Below, one piece after another: positions 40,003 through 49,466 of a stretch of 64,000 nucleotides of DNA. The notes beneath the pieces are model-generated. The model was not told the origin of the DNA. It saw nothing but the letters and a program-made list of their open reading frames with translations, and ran no database searches. The position numbers and the translations under genes are program-made. Origin of the DNA: Spirochaetaceae bacterium (GTDB taxonomy: Bacteria > Spirochaetota > Spirochaetia > DSM-2461); assembly GCA_051531975.1 (NCBI GenBank), contig JAOPTT010000003.1, positions 32,001 to 96,000 of the forward strand, read 5' to 3'. Position 1 is the first letter of the stretch. Each line of letters begins with the position of its first letter.

Positions 40003-40959
40003 TTATGCTCTAGATTTTTTATCTTTATTCATAGAATCGATTCCTACAACTACAAGGATAATTAATCCTTTTACTAAGTACTGAATGTAAACTTGAACAC
40101 CTAGTAGGTTAAACATATTCCCAATAATCGAAAGAATTAAAACACCAACAAGAGTACCAACAACACTACCCTCTCCACCGGAGACACTAGTTCCACCAAT
40201 AACAGTTGCTGCTATTGCATCAAGTTCATATCCCTGGCCTGCTAATGGAGTTGCAGAGTTTAGTCTGGAGGCATAAACAATACCTGCCATTGCAGCCATC
40301 CCTCCTCCTATTACAAATGTCATTATCTGGTAATAATCAACAGACACCCCAGATAATCTAGTGGCTTCTTTGTTTCCACCAACTGCACATGAATAACGTC
40401 CTAAAGGTGTCTTGTTTAGAGTAAATTGCCACACTACAACCATAAATACAAGAAGTATTATAGGAAATGGAATTGGACCTATATAACCTGAACCGATAAA
40501 TCTAAAACTATCTGAATATCCAGTTATAGGGTATCCTCCAGTATAAAGATAGGTTAATCCACGGACGATTGTCATTGTTCCTAATGTAGCAATTATTGAT
40601 ACTATTTTAATTTTAGCAGCCAATATACCATTTGCAAGACCAACAAAAGAACCAACAGCCAAAGCTATAACAACTGCAAATCCCCATGGCATTACCCCTT
40701 GTAGACCTAATACAACAGCAGCAGATAGAGCAAGTGTTGATCCAACTGAGATATCAAATCCTCCACCAATTATTACATAGGTAGTACCGATTGCCATAAT
40801 CCCAATAATAGAACTCTGTCTTAATATATTTAAAATATTTCTTGACGTTAAAAAGTTAGGAGTTATTATGGAAATAACCAAACAAATAACACTAAATATT
40901 ATCATTATGCCGTATTTCTTAAAAATATCCCGTATTTTAGTGTTTACAATATTAGTCAT
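40003..40959 (-). CDS. Monosaccharide ABC transporter permease (RbsC-like)
   Basis: GGFDISVGS, IATLGTM, AVGGNKEATRLSG and GYELDAIAATVIGGTS. Confidence 0.93.
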   Translation of the reverse strand: MTNIVNTKIRDIFKKYGIMIIFSVICLVISIITPNFLTSRNILNILRQSSIIGIMAIGTTYVIIGGGFDISVGSTLALSAAVVLGLQGVMPWGFAVVIALAVGSFVGLANGILAAKIKIVSIIATLGTMTIVRGLTYLYTGGYPITGYSDSFRFIGSGYIGPIPFPIILLVFMVVVWQFTLNKTPLGRYSCAVGGNKEATRLSGVSVDYYQIMTFVIGGGMAAMAGIVYASRLNSATPLAGQGYELDAIAATVIGGTSVSGGEGSVVGTLVGVLILSIIGNMFNLLGVQVYIQYLVKGLIILVVVGIDSMNKDKKSRA

Positions 40960-42451
40960 TAATTTCTCCTTCTAATAATTTATTATAGATCTCTTTTTCT
41001 GAAACCCCTCGGTTACATATTTCATGGATATGACCTTTTTTCATTATCATTATTCTGTCTGAAATACCAACAATCTCAGGTACTTCTGTAGAGATAAATA
41101 TTATGGTCTTCCCTTTATCAGAAAGGTCCTGTACGATTTTATATATTGCATCCTTTGCTCCAACATCAACACCTCTAGTTGGCTCATCCATAATAATTAT
41201 ATCAGGGGCAGCTTCCAACCATTTCCCAATTATCACTTTCTGCTGGTTCCCACCACTAAGGGTTTTAACATCCTGATAAATTGAATTAATCTTAACATTC
41301 ATTTTATTTATTATTGATTTGGTTGATAGTTTCTCAGATTCAAAGGAGATCAAACCTTTAGTAACATGTTTTTCTAACGAGGCAAGTGTACAATTTGTTA
41401 CGACAGAATGTTCCTGTATTAGTCCTACTTTTTTCCGATCTTCAGGAAGCAGACCAATACCTAGCTTTTTACCTTTTTTAGGACTGGAGATTATAACTTT
41501 TTTATTGTTTATATAAATGTTTCCAGAGGTTGCTCTATCCCCACCAAACAGAACCATAGCTAGTTCAGTTTTTCCAGCACCGATAACCCCGGTAATACCT
41601 AAGACCTCACCCTTATAAACAGAGAAAGAGACGTTTTTTACTTTATTAAAAAAAGATAAGTTCTCAACTCTCAGAATCTCAGAATCAAAGCTTTTATTAC
41701 TTTTTTTCACACAACTACTCTGAAAGTCCTCTCCTACCATCATTTTTATTATTTTTTGCTCTGTAACGTCTTGAATATCTACTGTACCAACAAACTTCCC
41801 ATCTTTTAAAACAGTAGCTCGATCTGCTATCTCAAATACCTCTGATAAATAGTGAGTAATATATATTATTGTGACATTTTTTTTTCTAAGTTCAGCAATT
41901 ATAGAGAAAAGGTATTCAGTCTCTTTGTCTGTTAATGCATCTGTAGGTTCATCCATTATAATCAGGTTTGAATTCCTGGATATACACTTTAAGATCTCAA
42001 CTAGTTTCTTTTCTGCTGCGGTTAAGTTATATACTATGATTTCAGGATCGAAGTAAAACCCCATTTTTTCACATAATATATCATATCTTTCTCGGTTTTT
42101 TTTATTATTAAAAATTCCAAATTTTGATTTCTCTTCAACACCAAGGAATACATTATCTATTATTGATAGCTCTTCTATTAGACTTGTTTCTTGAAATATA
42201 ACTCCAATACCATTGTTGTAGGCTTGTGCTGGTGTCTGGTAACTACTCTTTTTTCCATTTAATAAAATAGTTCCATTGTCTCTATGGTATACCCCAGTTA
42301 TTATCTTTATAAGTGTCGACTTTCCTGCACCGTTCTCACCTAACAAAGCATGGATTTCTCCACTATTTATATCGAAGGATATATCATCTAAAACTTTTAC
42401 TCCAAAAAAGGACTTATTAATGTTCTTAATCTGTAAAACTTTCTCGGTCAT
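40952..42451 (-). CDS. Monosaccharide ABC transporter ATP-binding protein (RbsA-like, tandem NBD)
   Basis: GENGAGKST, MDEPT, YITH, PEDRK, LSGGNQQK and DEPTRGVDVGAK. Confidence 0.94.
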   Translation of the reverse strand: MTEKVLQIKNINKSFFGVKVLDDISFDINSGEIHALLGENGAGKSTLIKIITGVYHRDNGTILLNGKKSSYQTPAQAYNNGIGVIFQETSLIEELSIIDNVFLGVEEKSKFGIFNNKKNRERYDILCEKMGFYFDPEIIVYNLTAAEKKLVEILKCISRNSNLIIMDEPTDALTDKETEYLFSIIAELRKKNVTIIYITHYLSEVFEIADRATVLKDGKFVGTVDIQDVTEQKIIKMMVGEDFQSSCVKKSNKSFDSEILRVENLSFFNKVKNVSFSVYKGEVLGITGVIGAGKTELAMVLFGGDRATSGNIYINNKKVIISSPKKGKKLGIGLLPEDRKKVGLIQEHSVVTNCTLASLEKHVTKGLISFESEKLSTKSIINKMNVKINSIYQDVKTLSGGNQQKVIIGKWLEAAPDIIIMDEPTRGVDVGAKDAIYKIVQDLSDKGKTIIFISTEVPEIVGISDRIMIMKKGHIHEICNRGVSEKEIYNKLLEGEIND

Positions 42452-43671
42452 ATTAATTTCCTGCCTAATACCTTAAAGTGGTTATCAGGAATATGAATAA
42501 TGTTCCATGAAGCGACAACTCCTAAAACTTCTTCTTGTAAAGAGTCTATATAACCATCTAACATACCTTCCGATATTTTAGTAGAGAAGTAGGGACAATT
42601 TACAATTTCTAATCCACTATAAATAGGTACAGAATTATTAACCTGTTTTTGTGCTATCTTAAGATCTACTAATGCATTTTTTGGATCAACACCATTTTTT
42701 TCAATTTCAATTAAATTGTTTGGTAATTCAAAACCAAAATGTCTTTGCAAAAATCTAAGAAAGGCACTTTCTGAAACCTTAGGTGCAAGATTTCTAAAAC
42801 CATTAGTTAAACATATAATTTCCAGTGGGAATGCTGCTGGACCCATGGCGTAACAGTAAGACATGGTTTTAATCCAATCACATTGTGTAGAAAGTAGTGA
42901 ATAATCCTGTCCTGTAAAAAATGATAAACCTGGTGATAAAAGATCCAAACCAACTATTTTATCATTATTAAATCCATATTTATTATAAAGACTAACAGCC
43001 TTATATATCTGATTTCTCTTATATTGAAAAAAGGAACTAAAATCCTCAAATATTTTTTCAAAATTATTAAAACTATTTAATTTTTTATCATCTAATGTTG
43101 AAATCTTTTTATAGAAATTTGAAACCTTACTCATTTCAGATTTTAAGTCCATATTTTGTTCTAGACAGTAAGATGAATAGGATGTAAAAAAAGTAGAAAA
43201 AATTGACTCAAAACCATTAGCTGGAGAGGTATATCTAACTCTATCCAGGAAAACACCGTCATATTCATACTCTTCCATAGAAGATTTAAATTGGTTGAAA
43301 TTATTATCATTTATTAGATTATCAGTAGGATCTACAAATAAAAAACCTTCCTCACCCTTCCCAATTTTGTCCCATATACCTGATAGGTCTAAATCCTTGT
43401 GATAGGGTACTTGTGCCATGTTCTTTGTAGTTATATCTATATGGTTCATATCTGCAAAAACAGGATGCCAAAGATATGTTTCAATTTTGTTTTCTTTACA
43501 GAAATTTATAATTTCTTTTGTGTCATCTGAAGGATTTACATCCCAGATCATCAGCTTTTTCAGATCAAGATAGCCTTTTGTCCGGGCGATCTTATCTTTA
43601 ATGTCAGCCAAAGAGAAGGATTCCTTCTCTTCGACTCCAAGATAAAGCTGAGTACTATAATTAATACTCAT
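42448..43671 (-). CDS. Uncharacterised soluble protein, possible TIM-barrel glycoside-hydrolase-like enzyme
   Basis: No signal peptide. YDGVFLDRVRY, GQDY and DWIKTMSYC. Embedded in the ABC operon with an ATGA overlap. Confidence 0.55.
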   Translation of the reverse strand: MSINYSTQLYLGVEEKESFSLADIKDKIARTKGYLDLKKLMIWDVNPSDDTKEIINFCKENKIETYLWHPVFADMNHIDITTKNMAQVPYHKDLDLSGIWDKIGKGEEGFLFVDPTDNLINDNNFNQFKSSMEEYEYDGVFLDRVRYTSPANGFESIFSTFFTSYSSYCLEQNMDLKSEMSKVSNFYKKISTLDDKKLNSFNNFEKIFEDFSSFFQYKRNQIYKAVSLYNKYGFNNDKIVGLDLLSPGLSFFTGQDYSLLSTQCDWIKTMSYCYAMGPAAFPLEIICLTNGFRNLAPKVSESAFLRFLQRHFGFELPNNLIEIEKNGVDPKNALVDLKIAQKQVNNSVPIYSGLEIVNCPYFSTKISEGMLDGYIDSLQEEVLGVVASWNIIHIPDNHFKVLGRKLI

Positions 43672-43692
43672 TCTAAATTCCTTTTCCTTAAT

Positions 43693-44649
43693 TTAAAGTT
43701 CTGCTACTACACTATCAACGTTTTCTATACTTACAATTTCTGGAATAATTGAAATAATTTTATCCACTTTGTCTCCATTTAAGACTTTAGAAGCTGTTTG
43801 AACTGCAATGTAACCCATACTTGAAATTGATGCATTTGAAGTCATGTCAACTTTTCCTTCTTTGATATAAGGAATTAGCTCTTTAGAAAATTCTAAGCCC
43901 GTAATATTAACTTTGTAATCCAATCCGGCTTCTTCAACTGCTTCTGCTGCTGCAGATGCTGCGGAATACCACTGACAACTGATTAAGTCGATCTTTTCAC
44001 CTTTTTGTAAACTTGCCTCAACTGCACCTAGTGCGCCCTCTTTTGTCCAACCTGGAATACTTTGGCTATAAATAATGTTCCAGTTACTATGTTTTGCAAC
44101 AACTTCTTTAAAAGCTTTTGATCTCAATCTTTGTGGAGCTGTTCCAGCTGTTCCTTCAATTAATACAATATTAGAAGGTTCATTTCCTAATAGAGATTCA
44201 GCCATTTCACCCATTAAAAATCCTAGATATTCATCGTTAATTCCAATGAAACTTTCAACACCTTCAACATCTCCAGTTGGGTCTTCACCTAGTATGTTTG
44301 TAAATGTAATAAGAGGAATTCCAGCGTCCTGACAAAGCTCTATTGATGGTAACAGTGCTATATTGTCAGCTGAGCATAAAAGAATAACATCAACACCTCT
44401 GGCAACAAAGTTCTCCATCTGAGTTAACTGCTTACCAGCATCCCATTCCGCATCAGAATATATAAGATCTAATCCGAACTCTTTAGCTGCTTCATCCATT
44501 CCTTTACGTTGGATCATAAAGAACTCAACACTTCCAGGAAACAATACCGCGACTTGTGGGTTCCCACTTTTACTTTCATTTGTTCCACTTGCAAAAACGG
44601 TTGAAACTAATGTTACTAACAACAACAATGCTAAAATTTTCTTAGTCAT
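43693..44649 (-). CDS. Sugar ABC transporter substrate-binding protein (RbsB-like)
   Basis: Signal peptide ending VFASG, then DAEWDAGKQ..ENFVARGVD and IEGTAG..RSKAF. Confidence 0.88.
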   Translation of the reverse strand: MTKKILALLLLVTLVSTVFASGTNESKSGNPQVAVLFPGSVEFFMIQRKGMDEAAKEFGLDLIYSDAEWDAGKQLTQMENFVARGVDVILLCSADNIALLPSIELCQDAGIPLITFTNILGEDPTGDVEGVESFIGINDEYLGFLMGEMAESLLGNEPSNIVLIEGTAGTAPQRLRSKAFKEVVAKHSNWNIIYSQSIPGWTKEGALGAVEASLQKGEKIDLISCQWYSAASAAAEAVEEAGLDYKVNITGLEFSKELIPYIKEGKVDMTSNASISSMGYIAVQTASKVLNGDKVDKIISIIPEIVSIENVDSVVAEL

Positions 44650-44681
44650 AAAAACTCCTATAGTATTTTTACAATTACATA

Positions 44682-44698
44682 CGCAATACCCGTGCCAA
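44682..44698 (-). promoter_or_regulatory. sigma54 (-24/-12) promoter of the sugar ABC operon
   Basis: The minus strand reads TTGGCACGGGTATTGCG, an exact TGGCAC-N5-TTGC match, 33 bp upstream of the binding-protein start. Confidence 0.88.
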
Positions 44699-44750
44699 TT
44701 TTTTAAGTCACTATTTAATTAGTTTTAGTAGATTCAATTCTAATAAATGG

Positions 44751-44773
44751 GTAATAAATTGCACATTTATTAC
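44751..44773. promoter_or_regulatory. Inverted repeat: candidate enhancer (UAS) or kinase-gene terminator
   Basis: GTAATAAAT-TGCAC-ATTTATTAC, upstream of the sigma54 site across an AT-rich tract. Confidence 0.45.
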
Positions 44774-44787
44774 ACCTCGTGCACGTT

Positions 44788-46584
44788 TTACACATCCAAA
44801 GCTTCAGGAATAGAGACATAAAAAATAGTTTTATCTTCTATCTCTTTAAATCCAATCTCTCCTCTATGGTCTTCAACAATCTGTTTTGATATAGCTAGAC
44901 CTAGTCCTGTATTTTTTTTTGTAACCTTAGTAGTAAAAAATGGATCAAATATTTTGGATTTTTTATCTAGGTTAACTCCAGATCCATTATCTTCAACGCT
45001 CAAAATTACACTGTTATTCTTTTTTTTAATCTCTACATCTATTATGCCTTCGTCTAAAACTGCTTCGATGCTGTTAATTACAAGATTTATAATTACCTGT
45101 TTTAATTTACTAGAATTTCCATTTACAAGATATTCTTGGTTATCATCGATGTTTAGGTTCAAAGATATATCCTTCGTTTTAATTTTATATTCCAGCAGAA
45201 CCAGGGTTTCTAATAATATCTCTTTTAGGTCTATAGTAGTCTTACCACTTTGCATCTTTGAAAATGATAATAAACTGCCTGTAATTTCTTCAATCCTCGA
45301 TAACTCTTTTTCTATCTTCTGAATTTTTTCCTGACTATTAATATCAGTAATTTTCATTTTTAGAAGTTCTGTATAATTTGATATAATTGCCAAAGGATTA
45401 TTTATTTCGTGGACAACTCCTGCTGCAAGTTCAGCTAAAGAGAAAACTTTGTCTGCACCAATTTTATACTCCTGCATATGACATTTTTCTGTTACATCTT
45501 CTAACATAATTATAGAATCATCTGCTTCATTATCATTTGCTAGTGGAAATATAACGATGTCCATAAATTTACCATTTATGAGTTCCACCGAGGATAAACT
45601 AAGATGAAAATTCTTTGTAAGTGATGAAAGAATAAGTTCTTTGGAATTTTTATCTATAACAAATCCTTCCTGTAATCGTTCTAGAAAGTTTTCTCCACTG
45701 TTATCCATATCTAGAATATCTATTGCACTTCGGTTTATTACTGAAACTCTTTTTTGGTTATTAAAAACAATTATTCCCTCTTTTAGCTCATCAATTATAG
45801 ATTTAGAATATCTTTTTTCTAAAAATGAGTCCCAATCATTTCCTGCTGTTAATAATTTTGCATAGGAGAGTTCAACAAGTTTACTTTTGTCTACATTTTT
45901 TATATCCTCGGTTCCTTGCCTTCTTCCATCTTTTAAAATTGTAATTCTGTCTGCAAAATCAAAATCTTCATTAATGTTAGAAAAAATGTAGATTATACTT
46001 TTCCCCTTATTTTTAAGTTTTCCTAACAGCGTGTGTAATATTTTTAACTCTTCTGTTTTGAATCTTGATGACACCTCATCTAATATAAGAACATCAGGAT
46101 TATGAATCAGTGCTTTAGCAATCTCAATAAAATTTCTATTAAAAGGAGAGAGTTTTTTTACTGGAATGTTTAGATTAAAGTCTACATTAAATTCAGACAT
46201 TAACTGCTTCAGGTTTTTTAACATTTCTGCTCTTTTTAAAGTTTTAAAAATATTAGTTATAAATCTGCCAGAATATACGTTTTCATAAGAATTAAAATCG
46301 AGGATTAGATTGCTATATTGGTAAATTACTGAAATATTCTGATTTAGAGAATCTTTGGGTCTTAAGAACTCAACAACATTTCCATCTAATAAAATTTTTC
46401 CTTTATATTTTTTACACGCTCCTGTTAATATATTAACAACTGAGGATTTCCCACAAAAATGTTCTCCGTATAAGGCGTGAATCTCTCCCTCTTTCAGATC
46501 AAAGGAGAAATTCTGTAGGGCAAATACATTCTCTTCTCTATAAACAGAGATATTTTTTAGAACTAATTTATTTGCTCCCTTCAC
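44788..46584 (-). CDS. Fusion protein: degenerate sugar-ABC ATPase domain, PAS-like domain, histidine kinase
   Basis: Residues ~1-245 are RbsA-like (GEIHALYGEHFCGKS, VIYQ, ILDEVSS, ADRITILKDG). A PAS-like segment (EGIIVFN..INRSA) follows. Kinase boxes: H GVVHEINNPL, N NLVINSIEA, G1 DNGSG, F FDPFFTTK, G2 TGLGL. No TM segments. Confidence 0.9.
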   Translation of the reverse strand: MKGANKLVLKNISVYREENVFALQNFSFDLKEGEIHALYGEHFCGKSSVVNILTGACKKYKGKILLDGNVVEFLRPKDSLNQNISVIYQYSNLILDFNSYENVYSGRFITNIFKTLKRAEMLKNLKQLMSEFNVDFNLNIPVKKLSPFNRNFIEIAKALIHNPDVLILDEVSSRFKTEELKILHTLLGKLKNKGKSIIYIFSNINEDFDFADRITILKDGRRQGTEDIKNVDKSKLVELSYAKLLTAGNDWDSFLEKRYSKSIIDELKEGIIVFNNQKRVSVINRSAIDILDMDNSGENFLERLQEGFVIDKNSKELILSSLTKNFHLSLSSVELINGKFMDIVIFPLANDNEADDSIIMLEDVTEKCHMQEYKIGADKVFSLAELAAGVVHEINNPLAIISNYTELLKMKITDINSQEKIQKIEKELSRIEEITGSLLSFSKMQSGKTTIDLKEILLETLVLLEYKIKTKDISLNLNIDDNQEYLVNGNSSKLKQVIINLVINSIEAVLDEGIIDVEIKKKNNSVILSVEDNGSGVNLDKKSKIFDPFFTTKVTKKNTGLGLAISKQIVEDHRGEIGFKEIEDKTIFYVSIPEALDV

Positions 46585-47882
46585 ATCATGTCCAGTTTCT
46601 TCATTTTGTTATATAAAGTTTTTCTATGTATTTTTAATATATCAGCCGCTTTTTGTTTTGAACCATCAGCCTCTTTTAATGCGTTAATAATTATCACTTT
46701 ACTTAAGGTATTTAGTAAAATTTCTGGGCTATTTTCTGTTACTTTTTCGATCATTGAATACTGAGAGGATAAATTACCCATATTAATATTTTCTGTTTTA
46801 CAAAAAATTACTGCTCGTTCCATACAATTTTTTAATTCTCTAATATTCCCAGGCCAAGAGTGTTTAATGAGTTGATCTATTACGTTCTGTTCTACCCCGT
46901 GGATTACTTTCCCATACTGAGTACAGAATTTGATTCTAAAAAAATCTATTAAATCTACAATATCTTCTTTTCTCTCTCTAAGAGGAGGAAGTTCTAATGT
47001 TATTACGGATAATCGATAATAGAGGTCTTCTCTAAAAAGTCCACTTTCTATTAACTTCTGGAAGTTTTTATTAGTTGCTACAACAAAACGGATATCAGTT
47101 TTTATAACCTTTGTACCACCAAGCCGTGTAAACTCCTGTTCCTGTAGCACTCTTAAAATTTTTGCTTGAGTAGTTAGAGACATGTCTGCTATTTCATCTA
47201 AAAAGAGTGTTCCTGTATGGGCAAGTTCAAACTTTCCTTGGTACTGTCTATCAGCACCTGTAAATGCTCCTTTTTCGTGTCCAAATAGTTCACTTTCTAA
47301 TAGAGACTCAGATAAGGCAGCACTATTAACTTTTATAAACGGCTTATCTTTTCTTGAACTTTCACTATGGATTAAACCTGCAATAAGTTCTTTACCTGTT
47401 CCACTCTCCCCAGTAATAATTACAGATGCATTACTTTTAGCTGCAATTTCCAGTGTCTCATAGACAGCTATCATTCTTCTGTTTCGACTATGTCTTTCAG
47501 GTTTAAATGTACTGCTTGTTGATACTAAGTTCCCATATTTTTCTATATTACTTAATAATTTTGGAAGTTTTATTGGTTTGGATAAAAAATCAATGGCTCC
47601 ATATTTCATGGCATCTACTGCTTTATCTACTGTAGGATATCCTGTCATAACAATTACATGGATCTCCGGGTTAGCTGTCTTAATCTCTTTTAAAAGATTT
47701 AACCCACCTTTCCCAGGCATTTGAATATCCGTAATAACAAATTGTGGAGGATTTTTGAGTATCTGCTCTAAGGCCAGAATAGGATCGGTATTGTATTTCA
47801 CGTGAAAATTCATCTCAATTAAAATTTCAGATAGTGATAGACACATCTCCTGTTCATCATCAACAATAAATATAGTATTCAT
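46581..47882 (-). CDS. sigma54-dependent response regulator (NtrC/AtoC family)
   Basis: Receiver (IVDDE, TDIQMP, SKP), GESGTGKE, GAFTGA, FLDEI, FREDLYYRL, WPGNIREL and a Fis-type HTH. Confidence 0.95.
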   Translation of the reverse strand: MNTIFIVDDEQEMCLSLSEILIEMNFHVKYNTDPILALEQILKNPPQFVITDIQMPGKGGLNLLKEIKTANPEIHVIVMTGYPTVDKAVDAMKYGAIDFLSKPIKLPKLLSNIEKYGNLVSTSSTFKPERHSRNRRMIAVYETLEIAAKSNASVIITGESGTGKELIAGLIHSESSRKDKPFIKVNSAALSESLLESELFGHEKGAFTGADRQYQGKFELAHTGTLFLDEIADMSLTTQAKILRVLQEQEFTRLGGTKVIKTDIRFVVATNKNFQKLIESGLFREDLYYRLSVITLELPPLRERKEDIVDLIDFFRIKFCTQYGKVIHGVEQNVIDQLIKHSWPGNIRELKNCMERAVIFCKTENINMGNLSSQYSMIEKVTENSPEILLNTLSKVIIINALKEADGSKQKAADILKIHRKTLYNKMKKLDMM

Positions 47883-48101
47883 TTATCCCCCTTAGACAAT
47901 AAAAAATGCCCCTGTGTTTATACATTCATGGACTAGTTTACACAATAATGTCTTATACATAGGAATGCAGTCAAGGACAAATTACTATATTATTTAGGAA
48001 TAGTTACACATAAAGAAACATTACAAATAGTTACTTTAAGAAACAATAATAGGATACGAGCTTTGAGATATATAAACGAGATTGTAATGAATTTTAAATG
48101 C

Positions 48102-48422
48102 TTACCACTTAAACTTACAATAGCGACAAGAATTGTTATATGTTTTTTTTAAATTAAACAATTTATGAATAATATTAGAACCAGATTTATAGTTAGATGA
48201 ACCACACATTGGACAACCATTTTTATGTTTAACAAAATTAGCTGTTTCAAGAAGAACCCTGGCGATTGCATCTTCCTTATCACTTACAAATAATTTAATA
48301 TCAATTTTTCCATCACAACTTTTATTAGATATAAAACAATCAATATTTAAGTCATCAAAATATTCTCTAACTCTAAATGCAGGAAACTTTGATTCATTAT
48401 CTATGATACAGACTTTATGCAT
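48102..48422 (-). CDS. Hypothetical protein with C-terminal zinc ribbon
   Basis: CPMCGS...CRYCKFKW, with an AGGGG-type RBS. Confidence 0.6.
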   Translation of the reverse strand: MHKVCIIDNESKFPAFRVREYFDDLNIDCFISNKSCDGKIDIKLFVSDKEDAIARVLLETANFVKHKNGCPMCGSSNYKSGSNIIHKLFNLKKTYNNSCRYCKFKW

Positions 48423-48564
48423 TTTACGATCCCCTTCCTAATTTGATTAATAGTAATCAATATTAAAAAGAAGTTATAGATATAGAAAGTTATATAAAAG
48501 TTACATTTTAAATGAATATATAAAAAATACGGCATTCCAAATATTTAGTATTTTTATGTGATTT

Positions 48565-49236
48565 TTATAAAAGGTTCATTTCAACTAATTCTTCAATTTC
48601 ATAATTTCCAGGTTGTAAATTTTCAAAACATGATACAATTTTCGCCAAGCCTTTTGAATAACTTATTGCACCTTCTATTTTTGTCTCTATTTCTATTGAT
48701 GAATCTAAATCACCTATTCTGATTTTATGATATGCATGATGGTTTAGGTTTTTTATATTAAGTTTTTCTTGTTCATTCTTGTTTCTGATACTAATGATAT
48801 CATCTTCATTAAGACCTAAATATTGTGCAAATTTAATAGCTGTTCCTGGTTTAGATTTTTTTCCAGTTTGATGACTTTCGAAAATAGATATCTGTTCATT
48901 TTTAAATAAATCTTTGCCAAGTTTCAACCAATATATAAGTTTAATAATATTTATATCTAAATTAGGAGCATGTATATATTTAATAGAAATATTTTGAGGA
49001 GGCTCTAACTTATATTTATTTTCAGTTGAAGATTGGATATATGAAGAATCATACTGAATAGCCAACTTAAGTGATTCTTCAAATTCTCTTCCTGACCCTA
49101 TATGAACAAAGATTGAATTATTATCAAATACTCCAGAATTATTATATCGTTCTATATTTATATCTGTATAATCAGAAATATTGTTTGCTATAGAATCTGC
49201 TAATTTGCCATTTCCAACTATTACTAGCTTTTTCAT
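48565..49236 (-). CDS. Divergent dihydrodipicolinate-reductase-like protein
   Basis: Rossmann motif VIVGNGKLA, APN and ESHQTGKKSKPGTA (compare DapB ExHHxxKxDAPSGTA). Confidence 0.65.
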   Translation of the reverse strand: MKKLVIVGNGKLADSIANNISDYTDINIERYNNSGVFDNNSIFVHIGSGREFEESLKLAIQYDSSYIQSSTENKYKLEPPQNISIKYIHAPNLDINIIKLIYWLKLGKDLFKNEQISIFESHQTGKKSKPGTAIKFAQYLGLNEDDIISIRNKNEQEKLNIKNLNHHAYHKIRIGDLDSSIEIETKIEGAISYSKGLAKIVSCFENLQPGNYEIEELVEMNLL

Positions 49237-49466
49237 ATTTAGTCCTCAGCTTTTTGGTGATTTAGATATGTTAATACATACAATATAAAAGAAATGACTA
49301 CTTTACAATATAAATAAAACATCTAAATATTGGTCTAAATAAATTATTATTAAAGTTGAAACAATGAGTTAAGTCAATTAATATATAGTTAAGTACTATT
49401 TCAGTAATTATACATTTATATTTTTTTAATTTTTAATAGAGAAGAACAATATGACGAGGAGATTTA

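Noticed and set aside
44788..46584. ABC-kinase fusion as an accidental read-through or pseudogene
   Set aside because: The frame is continuous with a plausible linker, a coupled GTG start and intact kinase boxes. A separate complete ATPase exists in the operon. Confirmation still needs homologues.
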